Shown piece by piece: positions 12,283-21,912 of a stretch of 64,000 nucleotides of DNA; position 1 is the stretch's first letter, and every line of letters starts with the position of its first letter. The translations under genes and the position numbers were made by a program. The notes under the pieces are model-generated. The model made no database searches. It had not been told where the DNA came from and saw only the letters and a program-made list of their open reading frames with translations. Where the stretch lies: assembly GCA_964016885.1 (NCBI GenBank), contig OZ024741.1:395746001-395810000 (forward strand). The letters run 5' to 3'. This DNA comes from Eledone cirrhosa (Eukaryota).

Positions 12283-12342
12283 CATTTTCTGATGAATGAA
12301 GACAGACATAAGTATCTGTCTTCAAGAAACGATTGGTAAATG
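12283..12342 (+). ncRNA. Second hammerhead ribozyme-like motif (probably degenerate)
   Basis: CTGATGA (12289-95), perfect 10-bp stem II TGAAGACAGA/TCTGTCTTCA, GAAAC (12326-30), then GATTG-GTA. Stem I (CATTTT/AATG) is imperfect. Confidence 0.5.
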
Positions 12343-12822
12343 AATTAATTATCTTATGTTGTTTATTACATAACTATATATATATATATATAAAAATACA
12401 AATAAATAATCGAGAATCGGAATCTCGGCCCACGAAATCACGAAACACAATCTTCGAAATGTGTGGCAAAGGGCTCAATAGTTTGGATAAACCAGAGCTA
12501 TAACTATCGTTTAAATACCAACACATAGAGACAATGCTTAAAATCATTCGCACAGCCGAAAAAACGACCATGAAAATTCGGGCCACACAAATAATAAATT
12601 AATAAATTAAATATATATATATATATATAAATTCAGATGAATATTTAAAATCTATCTAGCGTCTAAACTTAACGGATCTTTTCAGTTTTAACGTTATCCT
12701 CATTAGCATATTTACCCTGAGTTTTGAACAATTCTAATCACTATCCTCATTGAACTTATTAACATAAAGTTCACATGAAGATATGTCACTATCTTTACAC
12801 CAATTTTATATTTTATATTTTA

Positions 12823-13010
12823 TGGTGGATTAGCAGTATCGGTAGAGGATCGGACGCCATGCTTTAACGCATAGAGTTACGGCCCTTGCCATTCTGAGTT
12901 CAAATCCCGCCGAGGTTAACTTTGCCTTTCATCCTTACGGGATCGATAAAATAAAGTACCAGTAATACACTGGTTTAATTGCTGGCCTTGTGCCAAAAGT
13001 AGAAACAATT
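12823..13010 (+). mobile_element. SINE family 1, short variant
   Basis: Full head-to-tail copy with B-box GAGTTCAAATCCC, ending GTAGAAACAATT. Confidence 0.88.
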
Positions 13011-13136
13011 ATATTTTATCTGACGAAAGCGTACTTAAATATTAATGATACTCAGGATAAATCCGTTGAGTGCTTCTAATCTGTTGTACAATTAACTTTG
13101 TTGAATAATAAACAAACCAAGTAACAACTCATTGTT

Positions 13137-13180
<44 letters not shown>

Positions 13181-13202
13181 ATGTGTGGGTTTGTGTGTGT
13201 GT

Positions 13203-13540
13203 GTGAAGGCACATGGTTTAGTGGCTAGAGCGTTAGGCTTGCAATTGAGAAGTTGTGAGTTCGATTCTCGGACTGTGTGGTGCGTTGTTTCCTTGTGTAA
13301 GACACTTTATTTGATGTTGTTCCAGTTTACTCAGTTGTAGAAATGAGTTGTGACGTCAAAGGTGCCAAGCTATAACGGCCATTACCTTTCTCTTGAACAA
13401 CATGTGTGGCGTGGAGAGAGGAGGCTGGTATACATGGGTGACTGCTGGTCTTCCACAAACAACGTTGCTCGCACTTGTGCTGCCTCGGAGAGAAACTTTC
13501 TAGGTACAAACCATGGTCATTAGTGACTGATGGGGGCTTT
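13203..13540 (+). mobile_element. tRNA-derived SINE family 2
   Basis: A-box-like TGGTTTAGTGGCTAGAGC, B-box GAGTTCGATTCTC and core TGTTTCCTTGTGTAAGACACTTT; the 5' part matches 624-884. Confidence 0.8.
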
Positions 13541-13548
13541 AATATAAT

Positions 13549-13722
13549 ATAATTGTTTCTACTTTTGGTACAAGGCCAGCAATTACCCAGTGTATTACTG
13601 GTACTTTATTTTATCGACCCCGTAAGGATGAAAGGCAAAGTTAACCTCGGCGGGATTTGAACTCAGAATGGCAAGGGCTGTAACTCTATGCGTCGAAGCA
13701 TGGCGTCCGACCCTCTACCGAT
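13549..13722 (-). mobile_element. SINE family 1 (slightly 5'-truncated)
   Basis: Near-identical to the reverse complement of 12823-13010. Confidence 0.88.
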
Positions 13723-13869
13723 ATATATGTATATATAGTAGGATTGGCCCCGTGCAAAGCCTTTCCTTGCTTAAAAAAGCTTCAAGCACAAGCATCACTT
13801 GATATGATGATACTTTTTGCGATGCATGGTATTGCTGACCATAGCAGGACTAGAAAGCCACGTCTTTGA

Positions 13870-14395
13870 TGTTCATGCTAAAGTATCAAGCGAACGCTTG
13901 ATACTTAAGCATGATTCATGACCATAGGTAAGAGTTGGCACTAAAACCGAATTCAAAATAGCAAGTTTGGATTTTACACCTACCTCCTTTTTTCTGATTA
14001 CCGAATGCTGAAGCTGGAGCATTATTGCACCAGCCCCTGTAATCCTTGCTCTTAATTTAGCCTCCTGTCTTCCATCACTCGTGAACACAATTCCACCTGT
14101 TTCAGTGGAACTCCATTCACATGTGGAGAGCAATGCGCAGGCTTCTTTGAGAGGACGATCGTCTCACTACACTGATTTTTATTCCAGCTATGCAGCACTT
14201 GGCATCAAACCTATCAAGTGCATGTTGGAGATCACCTTCTGACAAATTAAGTAACGCCACGTCATCTCCAACTTCCAGTTGACTGATCCTACATTTGCCA
14301 GTTGTGATACCACTTCCAAACCGGCTGCGCCTGTCAATTCTGTTCATTAAAATAATGAACAGGAGAGGTGACAGTATGCAACTTTGGCTGAACCT
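13870..14395 (-). mobile_element. Degenerate RTE-clade LINE reverse transcriptase fragment
   Basis: Frameshifted ORFs give ILSPLLFIILMNRI...EVGDDVALL...DLQHALDRF and GIVFTSDGRQE...SKLAILNSVLVPTLTYGHES, typical of an RTE RT core and thumb. Confidence 0.8.
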
Positions 14396-14539
14396 TAAAT
14401 ACCTTAAAATGATAACACTGCTGCTCCAATACGAGAAGTGCATGGCAAGAGCATGAGTAAATGTTCGTGAAATAAATAGTTAGGGTTCAACAGTGTAATT
14501 TCTTTCTGGGATCAGGAATGCCACCAAGAAATTATTGGT

Positions 14540-14755
14540 CTCTGATATAGACACAAGGCCAAAGATTTGGGGGAGGTGGAAAGTTGATTAAAATGACCCC
14601 AATGCGTTACTGGTACTTTATATTGTCGATCCCGTAGGGATAAAAGGTAAAGCTAATTTCGGCTGGATTTGAACTCAGAACGTAAAGGGACATAACTATA
14701 TGCCACAAAGCATGTTGTCTGACGCTCTACCTATTCTACTGCCAATCTACCGCTC
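14540..14755 (-). mobile_element. SINE family 1, long variant (diverged)
   Basis: Reverse-complement match to 11785-12000. Confidence 0.8.
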
Positions 14756-14920
14756 TACCCACCTGAAAATTATTGAAAACAATAAACCATTTGATGACTA
14801 AATTCCCACCAACATAAGCCCTAGAAGTGTGAGCATGTGTTATATCTCAGAATCCATTGTATTCGATTGATTGATTTATTTATTGTCTTTTTTTTTTTGC
14901 TTTGTTGTTCTTTTTTTTAG

Positions 14921-14965
14921 CTTCCACCACACCTTTCATATCGACTGTTACTCAATCAAATCCAG
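14921..14965 (+). CDS. 45-nt Thr/Ser/Pro mini-exon of the giant mucin-like gene
   Basis: Very strong polypyrimidine acceptor (TTTGTTGTTCTTTTTTTTAG|) and donor CCAG|GTAAAC. Phase 1-1; encodes ASTTPFISTVTQSNP. It joins the LDLa exon (G+CT=Ala) and the first array exon (G+TA=Val) in frame. Confidence 0.75.
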
Positions 14966-15142
14966 GTAAACTAATCATTTTCTTCTTCATTCTCTTCGTT
15001 TTCTCTCAACTAACGTCCATTACGACAACGAATTTCTGAGAATCCTAACCTACTAATTATAAGATATATAATTAATAATTAATTATCAATTATTTACCAT
15101 TAATTAATAATTATTAATTGACCAGAATAGAGTGGATGTGAA

Positions 15143-15334
15143 ATAATTGTTTCTACTTTTCGCACAAGGCCAGCAATTACCCAGTACATTACTGGTACTT
15201 TATTTCATCGACCCCGTAAGGATGAAAGGCAAAGTTAACCTCGGCGTGATTTGAACTCAGAATGGCAAGGGCTATAACTCTATGCATCAAAGCATGGCGT
15301 CCGACCCTCTACCGATACTGCCAATCCACTGCCA
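15143..15334 (-). mobile_element. SINE family 1 with 16-bp target-site duplication
   Basis: Full copy flanked by GTGGATGTGAAATAAT at 15132-15147 and 15336-15351. Confidence 0.88.
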
Positions 15335-15609
15335 TGTGGATGTGAAATAATAACTTGAGAAGAAAGTTCTGAGAGTTGCTTCTCCTCACAAGAATTGTGA
15401 CGGCGTTGATATTTACACCCTCGCTGTTCTTTAAGCTCAGGCTCCAACAAGAACCAATACTTGACTGGTACTTTATTCTATCGATCCGAATCACTCCAAC
15501 TGCATTCATCCTGCACAACAATAAAAAAAAAAAAAAAAAAAAAATCAATACAGCCCAAATGATTAGATGTCACACAAAAATGTTATAATCTACATAACAC
15601 TGGCTGATT

Positions 15610-15898
15610 TTTACGTCTTCTTCTTATTGTTCTTTGAGTCTCAATCATTGATGTTATTTAACTGGAAAGTTTGTTGAAATAAATATCAAGCCGCTACCTG
15701 CAACCTCACACATTCAGGACATATATTAGCTAGTTTGTTACTGTCAATATAGTCTCTGTTTTCGGGATGCTTCTTTTTCCAGTTGATATACGTCTGTTCT
15801 GTATTCGATCTATTTGATGGGTAGTACATGGCAGTGTAGTAAGCCTCAAGGACTTCTTTATTGTCTTCCCTTGACCATTTTTCTCTCTTTTTCTTTTG
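15610..15898 (-). mobile_element. Internally deleted R4/Dong-type retrotransposon remnant (ORF N-terminal piece + putative 3' end)
   Basis: QKKKREKWSREDNKEVLEAYYTA...NWKKKHPENRDYIDSNKLAN resembles R4/Dong N-termini. It is followed by ...AATAAGAAGAAGACGTAA, similar to the terminus AATAAGAACAACGTAA of the neighbouring copy. Confidence 0.5.
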
Positions 15899-15921
15899 AT
15901 TATTATTATTATTATTATTAT

Positions 15922-16015
15922 AAGGCCAGCAATTACCCAGTGCAGTACCAGTAATGCACTGGGTAATTGCTGGCCTTGTGCCTAAAGTAGAAACAATTAT
16001 TATTATTATTATTAC
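15922..16015 (+). mobile_element. 5'-truncated SINE family 1 end with fold-back inversion, inside (TTA)n
   Basis: Perfect 23-bp inverted repeat at 15922-15944 / 15955-15977 with a 10-nt loop, followed by the normal SINE tail and (ATT)n. Confidence 0.85.
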
Positions 16016-16411
16016 GTTGTTCTTATTTTCCTTCATTATTGTTTCTGAGATATATGCCAGGTGTCTTCCTGACACCTAGGGCAAATAAATTCACAGTGTG
16101 CATTGGTAAGCCAGTTAATACAGCACATTGATTATAATTTAAAAAAAAAACAGTATACATATATACTCATGTGCATATGCATATGTAAATACAAGGAGGG
16201 ATATCAATCTTACAGAGATAGTGCTCTTCTCAATACGTGTGCAGTACCAGTCAAAACAATTTTTTGCACCTCGTGCATAGAGAGCAAACCAGGAATCATT
16301 CGCAAATATTGTTCTGTTCCTTTCTTGATCATACCCAGTCCTCCCACAATTACCGGTATTGTAACAGCCTTGAGGTGCCACATTTTCTCAATTTCAATAA
16401 GCAGATCTTTA
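16016..16411 (-). mobile_element. 3' fragment of an R4/Dong-type (RLE) non-LTR retrotransposon
   Basis: Minus strand encodes DLLIEIEKMWHLKAVTIPVIVGGLGMIKKG...VQKIVLTGTAHVLRRALSL-stop (16210), then a 3' UTR with a GGTGTC/GACACC hairpin. (TAA)n lies on both sides. Confidence 0.8.
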
Positions 16412-16433
16412 TATTATTTTTATTATTATTATT

Positions 16434-19400
16434 GGTCTAAGCGGACGTATTTTGCTCGCTCACAGTAAGTCGCTTTATTTGCCTGTTTAAATTATTTGTT
16501 GTTAAATATTTCTTGTTGTGTAAGGGATATAAGCCCTTAGACTTTGCCCCGTGAAGGGGAAAGTATAATATTTGGGCCTTTTGGCCTAAATATTTGAACT
16601 TTTTTTTACATGTTAAAAAATTTACGAAGAAAAAAAAACATGGCTGAGCCATTCTTCAACATGGACCTCTCAAACAAAGATGAAAAGTTGGCCCAGAGCA
16701 AACTTGGGCCAACTTAACTGTCCCGGTAGAAGCTATTGAGGCAGTGGAGCGCAAAACGGTGCATTATAGATGCATCTCAGCACAAACAAAAAGGGCAGCG
16801 TTAATCCCACAAGAAGATATCGAAGTTACGCTGAGGTGCATCAGAGAAGACACCCAGTACATAGAGAGGGGCAGACAGTACGGCACCATTTTGGTGTTGT
16901 TCAAGTCAGAAGCCCTCGCGATGAAACACGCCATGACTCCTTGCAAAACCAGCAAGGTCATAATGTACCCCTCCCACATGGGGAAAAAGAACGGCCCGTC
17001 TCCGCATTCCCAGAATCCCACCAGGACTTGACATGTGGAGGCTTCTGGGATGTGTGATTGTGGAGGGGACGGATACAGTCCCTATAGAAATGACCAGAAC
17101 GGCCAGAGAGGACTGGTCCGGGGTTGACCTGGAGATCCTTCTCCAGATCAGGCCCGAGAATGTGAAGACAATCCCAGACCATATCCGACTTCAGAATGGG
17201 ACTGTCATTCACATTATGACCGAAAGCAAAAGGCCGCAGTGTTTTGTTTGTGGGGAAAAACCCCATTTGCGAGCCTTCTGCCCTCGACTGCTGAAAGAGT
17301 CAATGGGTCGAAAGGCTCCACTGCTGCCGACGCCGGGGCGAGGACCACAACCAACACCTGCACCGGCAAAACCACCAACAACAACACCAATAGAAAAATC
17401 ACCACCAACATTGACCACCCAGGGGGAAACGAGGAAAGCTGTCAAATTCCCCCTCCCCCCAAAAATACACACACCAATAAAACCTTAAACATACAGACAA
17501 ACACACTTACAGACACAGACCCCTCATCTACCAGTAGTGAAGATGAGGGAAATCCCAAATCCCCCAAAATACAAAAAAGAAAACACAAAAAGAAAAAAAA
17601 AAACTCAACAAAGCACAAAAGCACCCACAATAAACACCACCCACGCAAACATCTCTCCAATAACACCAACATCAACACCACCATCACCATCACCAGAATC
17701 CCCCAAACGCAAACAACCGAAACAGACGCAAGAACAAATATACACACAAACATCTGAAACCACAGACATCGCACTCACAACAAACACAGATACAACCGAA
17801 ACAACACCACCAAAACCATCACCACCACAGCCACGCAAACAAATAAAATCACACCAACAAAACATACAAAACTTCGTGCTCGTCAGGAGGGCCAACAAGG
17901 AACTGATGGCCCTCGTAGCACGAAGTGAAAATATACAAAAGGAGGGGGAAATGTTTAAATCGAGCACATTTCGCGTGCCGGAAGATTTGGTTCTGGTGCG
18001 AATGTCGCTCGACATATTCAAATAAATACAAGACAGCTTTCCTCGGGACATGGGAACCCCGAACGTAAAACCCACTTCAAGACTTTTAAAGGGGTTCCCA
18101 AAAGAAACCCCACTAACTATGGAGGTCGAACAACCCGACCTTCACAAGAGCCCGGAAGGTAAGTAAACCTTTCCTCTTTCTCTGTTTAACCTGCCAACAT
18201 GACCGTATTAAGAGTAAGATGTTTAAATGTTCGAGGCCTGGGATCGTCCTGGAAGCAAGGTCACCTGCTCAACGACCTCAGGTTTATAGAAATAGATGTA
18301 ATTGCAATCAGCGAGACCAGGATTTCCGACACGCTCGCACTAGCCCCCCATTTTCGACGACTATCAGATCTTTGCATCTGTTAGCCGGCCGGGAATGGGA
18401 GGCGGGGTGGCAGAGCTGTTTAGGAAAGGCCTGGATCTCGAGGTAAGGTCGATCTTCCGGGACCCGGACGGGAAGTTGGTGGTTCTGGACGTGAACAATA
18501 ATGAAAGTGGTGCCTTTAGACTGGTGGCCGTCTATGCTCCTACTGGGGCAGGACGGCCGGACTTCTTTAGACGCCTGGAAGCCTTTCTGGGTACGTCTCG
18601 CCCTTTACTGTTAGCGGGGTACTGGAACGGCATCTTAGACGCACGCTGGGACTGTGTGTGAGTATCCGATAGGAGCGGGGGATGCAAAAGCCTCAAGAAC
18701 CTGATCAGCCGGTTCCAACTGTCTGACAGGTACCGACTAGATTTCCCTAATGCGCCAGTGTGGACCTGGGCTAACCGCATAGGGTCATCTAGATCGTATA
18801 TAGACAGGATATTCATTAGGAAAATAGACAGAAATAGTGTAAGCTGTCCACGTTTTGAAACGGTCGCCTATTCAGATCACAAGTTTGTGATCTGTAAGGT
18901 CGACCTAGATAAGACGAGTAGGTTAGGACCTGGTTACTGGAAGCTAAACATGTCATTTCCGGCACGTAAGGCTTACAGGGAGCAGGTCAACAATTTAGTT
19001 CAGAAAAAGTTGACAGGGGGAGTCGTCAACAATAGATGGTGGGGGGCTCTCAAAAGAGAGATTAGAGTAATGTCGATAGAGTTTAGCAAAGAAGTAGCAT
19101 TAGAGAAAAATAGAAAGGAGGGAGAGTTGGTAGATAAGTTAGACGAGGCTATTGGTAGTGGCATTGCAACTGGTGTGCTAGCGGCGAGAATGGCATTAGA
19201 CCATTTCTTCAATGCGAAACACGAAGGCTGCATTGTCAGAGCTAAGGCGCGTACTCTGAGAAACGAGGGAACCAAAGCTGTTCGATGGGCCCGCGTGGCA
19301 GGGGCGCAGTGTGGTAATAAAACAACGATTCGGTCTTTGACGGACCGAGACGGGCTCGAGCTGAGCGATTCTAAGAGGATGTGTGAGGCCTTTCGCCAAC

Positions 19401-21897
19401 ATTTTGCTCGGTTGTTCGGGGGAAGTGGCGGGTCAGAGATGGTGGCGGACTTCAGTCCCTACCTCGATGGCTTGCCGCAACTCTCGACGGCTGACGCTGG
19501 GCGCTGCGAAAGGCCAATTACTTCAGCCGAGATTCAGGATGCCCTTGTCGGCTGCATGAGGCGCAAGTCACCCGGTTTGGATCGTCTGCCCTACGAGCTT
19601 TACGTAAATATGCCAGACTTGTTCTCCAATCTCCTCGAAGCGCTCTACTGCAACTGGCAGCAAAACGGGAGTATTCCCAGTTCTGTGAGCCGGGGCGTAG
19701 TGACGCTGATAAGGAAAGACGAGAACAAGAGGGACACATTAGACAATTTCAGGCCCATAACTCTGCTCAACACAGAGTTTAAGATTGTGGACAGGGTGTT
19801 AGCGAATAGGTTGGCGCTTGTCGTCGGGGATTTGGTTGGGGAGGCGCAAACTTGCGCAATCCCAACCAGGTCCATACACGACAACCTCCACCTAATGCGA
19901 TACATCATAGAGAGGGTAGGGTGTAAACCTGGCTTCGGTGGGGCTCTGATCAATTTAGATCAATCGAAAGCATTCGATAGGGTCGACCATCGGTACCTGT
20001 CGTCAAGGCGGCTGGCTTCGGCTCCGTCTTCAGAAGCTGGATCGCTGCAATGCACAGCGGCACCTGCTCGATGGTCAAAATTAATGGCCACCTCTCGAAA
20101 CCGTTTCAGGTCTCCCGATCGGTCCGTCAAGCGTGCCCTCTCTCCTCCCTTCTGTACGTATTGACTCTCGAGCCTTTACTGCGGCAGCTGGAGCTGTTGC
20201 AGGGCATCTCGCTCGAACCGGGACGCGGAAAGGCTGTGTCGGCTTATGCGGACGACATGACCGTGATGGTGTCGGACACCACAGAAATCGAGGTGGTCGG
20301 CAACTTATTGGAGGAATATGAAAGGTTGACGGGAGCAAAACTTAACCCGGAAAAGTCAGTGGGCTTGCAACTTGGCACCTGGAGAGGCAAGTCCATGCCG
20401 TCCAACAGCGTCGTTAGGCGCTGGACGGACGAACCGGTAAAGTTGCTAGGGGTTTGGTTGGGGCCAGACCTCCAGGTGGATAAGAATTGGGACGAGGTGA
20501 CGGGCAGGGTAGTCAGTCTCACCCAGAAATGGGCTGGGATGAAGCTATCACTGAAAGGTCGGGCGGAGGTGACGAACGCGTACATCGCGTCCGTCATCTA
20601 CTACTGTCTAACTGTCGTCCCTTGCCCCCGTTCGCGCCTCGCCATCTTGGAGCGGCTCCTCTTCAAATTCTTGTGGAGGGGTCAGGTTCCGCTGGTGCGG
20701 CGGTCCATCTGCTGCCAGCACCCTCTGCGTGGAGGGCTGGGCATGCCGTGGCTAATGATGCGCAGGCACGCGCTGAGGCTGCGGCATCTCCAGATATTCT
20801 GCCTAAACGGTGAACAGGTGTGGTCGCCGTTTCTCAGACGGGCCTTTCCGCAGCTCGTTTCTTTGACTGAGTTGCAGTCCTGGGTCAAGAAGAGACCGAG
20901 ACTGGGAGACTGGCATCTGGAATGTTGCCAGGCACTCACTGCCCTCTACCAGGCGGGCAATGCGGTCAGTGGAACTTCCACTCTCGAGTTCTATAGAGGA
21001 TTAGTGATGGGCAAGTGCGACGACGCACTCGGAGAGGCTCTGGGAGTCAACGAATTCGAACTAACCAGTCTGTACCGGAGGACTTTCGAGCCGGGGACGA
21101 TGGATAATTTCCAAAAATTCCTCGCTTGGCAGTGCTACCGGGGGGCACTACCGGTTCGAGATAAAGTCTACAGGCACGGAAGTGCTGTCAGACGGACCTG
21201 CCCGAGATGCACGCAGAGCGACGAAACCGTTCTGCACGCACTCGTCCAGTATCCGTGCATTACTGACTTGTGGAGTTATGTTGAACAGCTGTTGTCGCGT
21301 GTAGAACGGATCCGGCTATCGGCCGAGTCCATAGTGAAGATCGACCCGCCGCCTTCTTTTGGCCAGGAAGGGCAGGCAATTTTCCTCTGTCTGGTGGCAG
21401 TAGCGAAAGAGGTTGTATTGTGGACGAGGTTGAAAGGACTGAAGACAGACACTTTTCTCTTCGGCCAATCCCTCATCAACTTTTTCAAGTTTCACTTGGA
21501 AAGGAAGGTGAGGGTGGAGAGAGAAGTGCTGCCCCCCCCCCCCCAGTACATTTGCTGAAAGGTGGGTGAATGTGGTGAGAATGGCCCGTGTGAGTGGGCC
21601 TACCCTGGTCATGCGGCTGTAGGTAGGTAAATTTGAAGAGGAGAGGGGTGCCCTTCCAGGGTTCTCTCGAAGCGTCGGGTCGTTCAGGACTGGTGGGGTA
21701 CCTGAGCGAACCCTAGGAGGTCATCCCCCCTATTGGGGAATGTTTTCTTGTTGTAATTTTCTGGTTACTTTATTGTTACTTTGTTATTGTTACTTTGTTT
21801 TTTCATATTGTTTACTCGATTTTTCTGTAAAACCCCACTGTCCCAGTCTTTTGTATTGTCCCCTATATGTCGGCCCTTGTGGCCAATAAATGAAATC
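16434..21897 (+). mobile_element. Full-length, disrupted Tx1/L1-type non-LTR retrotransposon A
   Basis: ORF1 fragments contain the zinc knuckle CFVCGEKPHLRAFC. ORF2 18199-21622 has APE endonuclease (LNVRGL, ISET, SYIDRIF, YSDH), RT (KSPGLD, FRPITLLN, KAFDRVDH, SVRQ, AYADD) and a C-terminal CPRC motif. There are several stops and frameshifts. It ends AATAAATGAAATC(ATT)n. Confidence 0.93.
18199..21622 (+). pseudogene. ORF2 (endonuclease/reverse transcriptase) of element A, frameshifted
   Basis: Split across track ORFs 18199-18384, 18395-18661, 18758-20164 and 20050-21558. Confidence 0.9.
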
Positions 21898-21912
21898 ATT
21901 ATTATTATTATT

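Noticed and set aside
12395-12600. Short, more GC-rich segment between (TA)n tracts
   Set aside because: It is probably a repeat fragment, but I could not recognise termini or coding motifs to classify it.
13203-13280. tRNA genes at the SINE heads
   Set aside because: A/B boxes are present, but I could not fold a full cloverleaf and each continues into a repeated SINE body.
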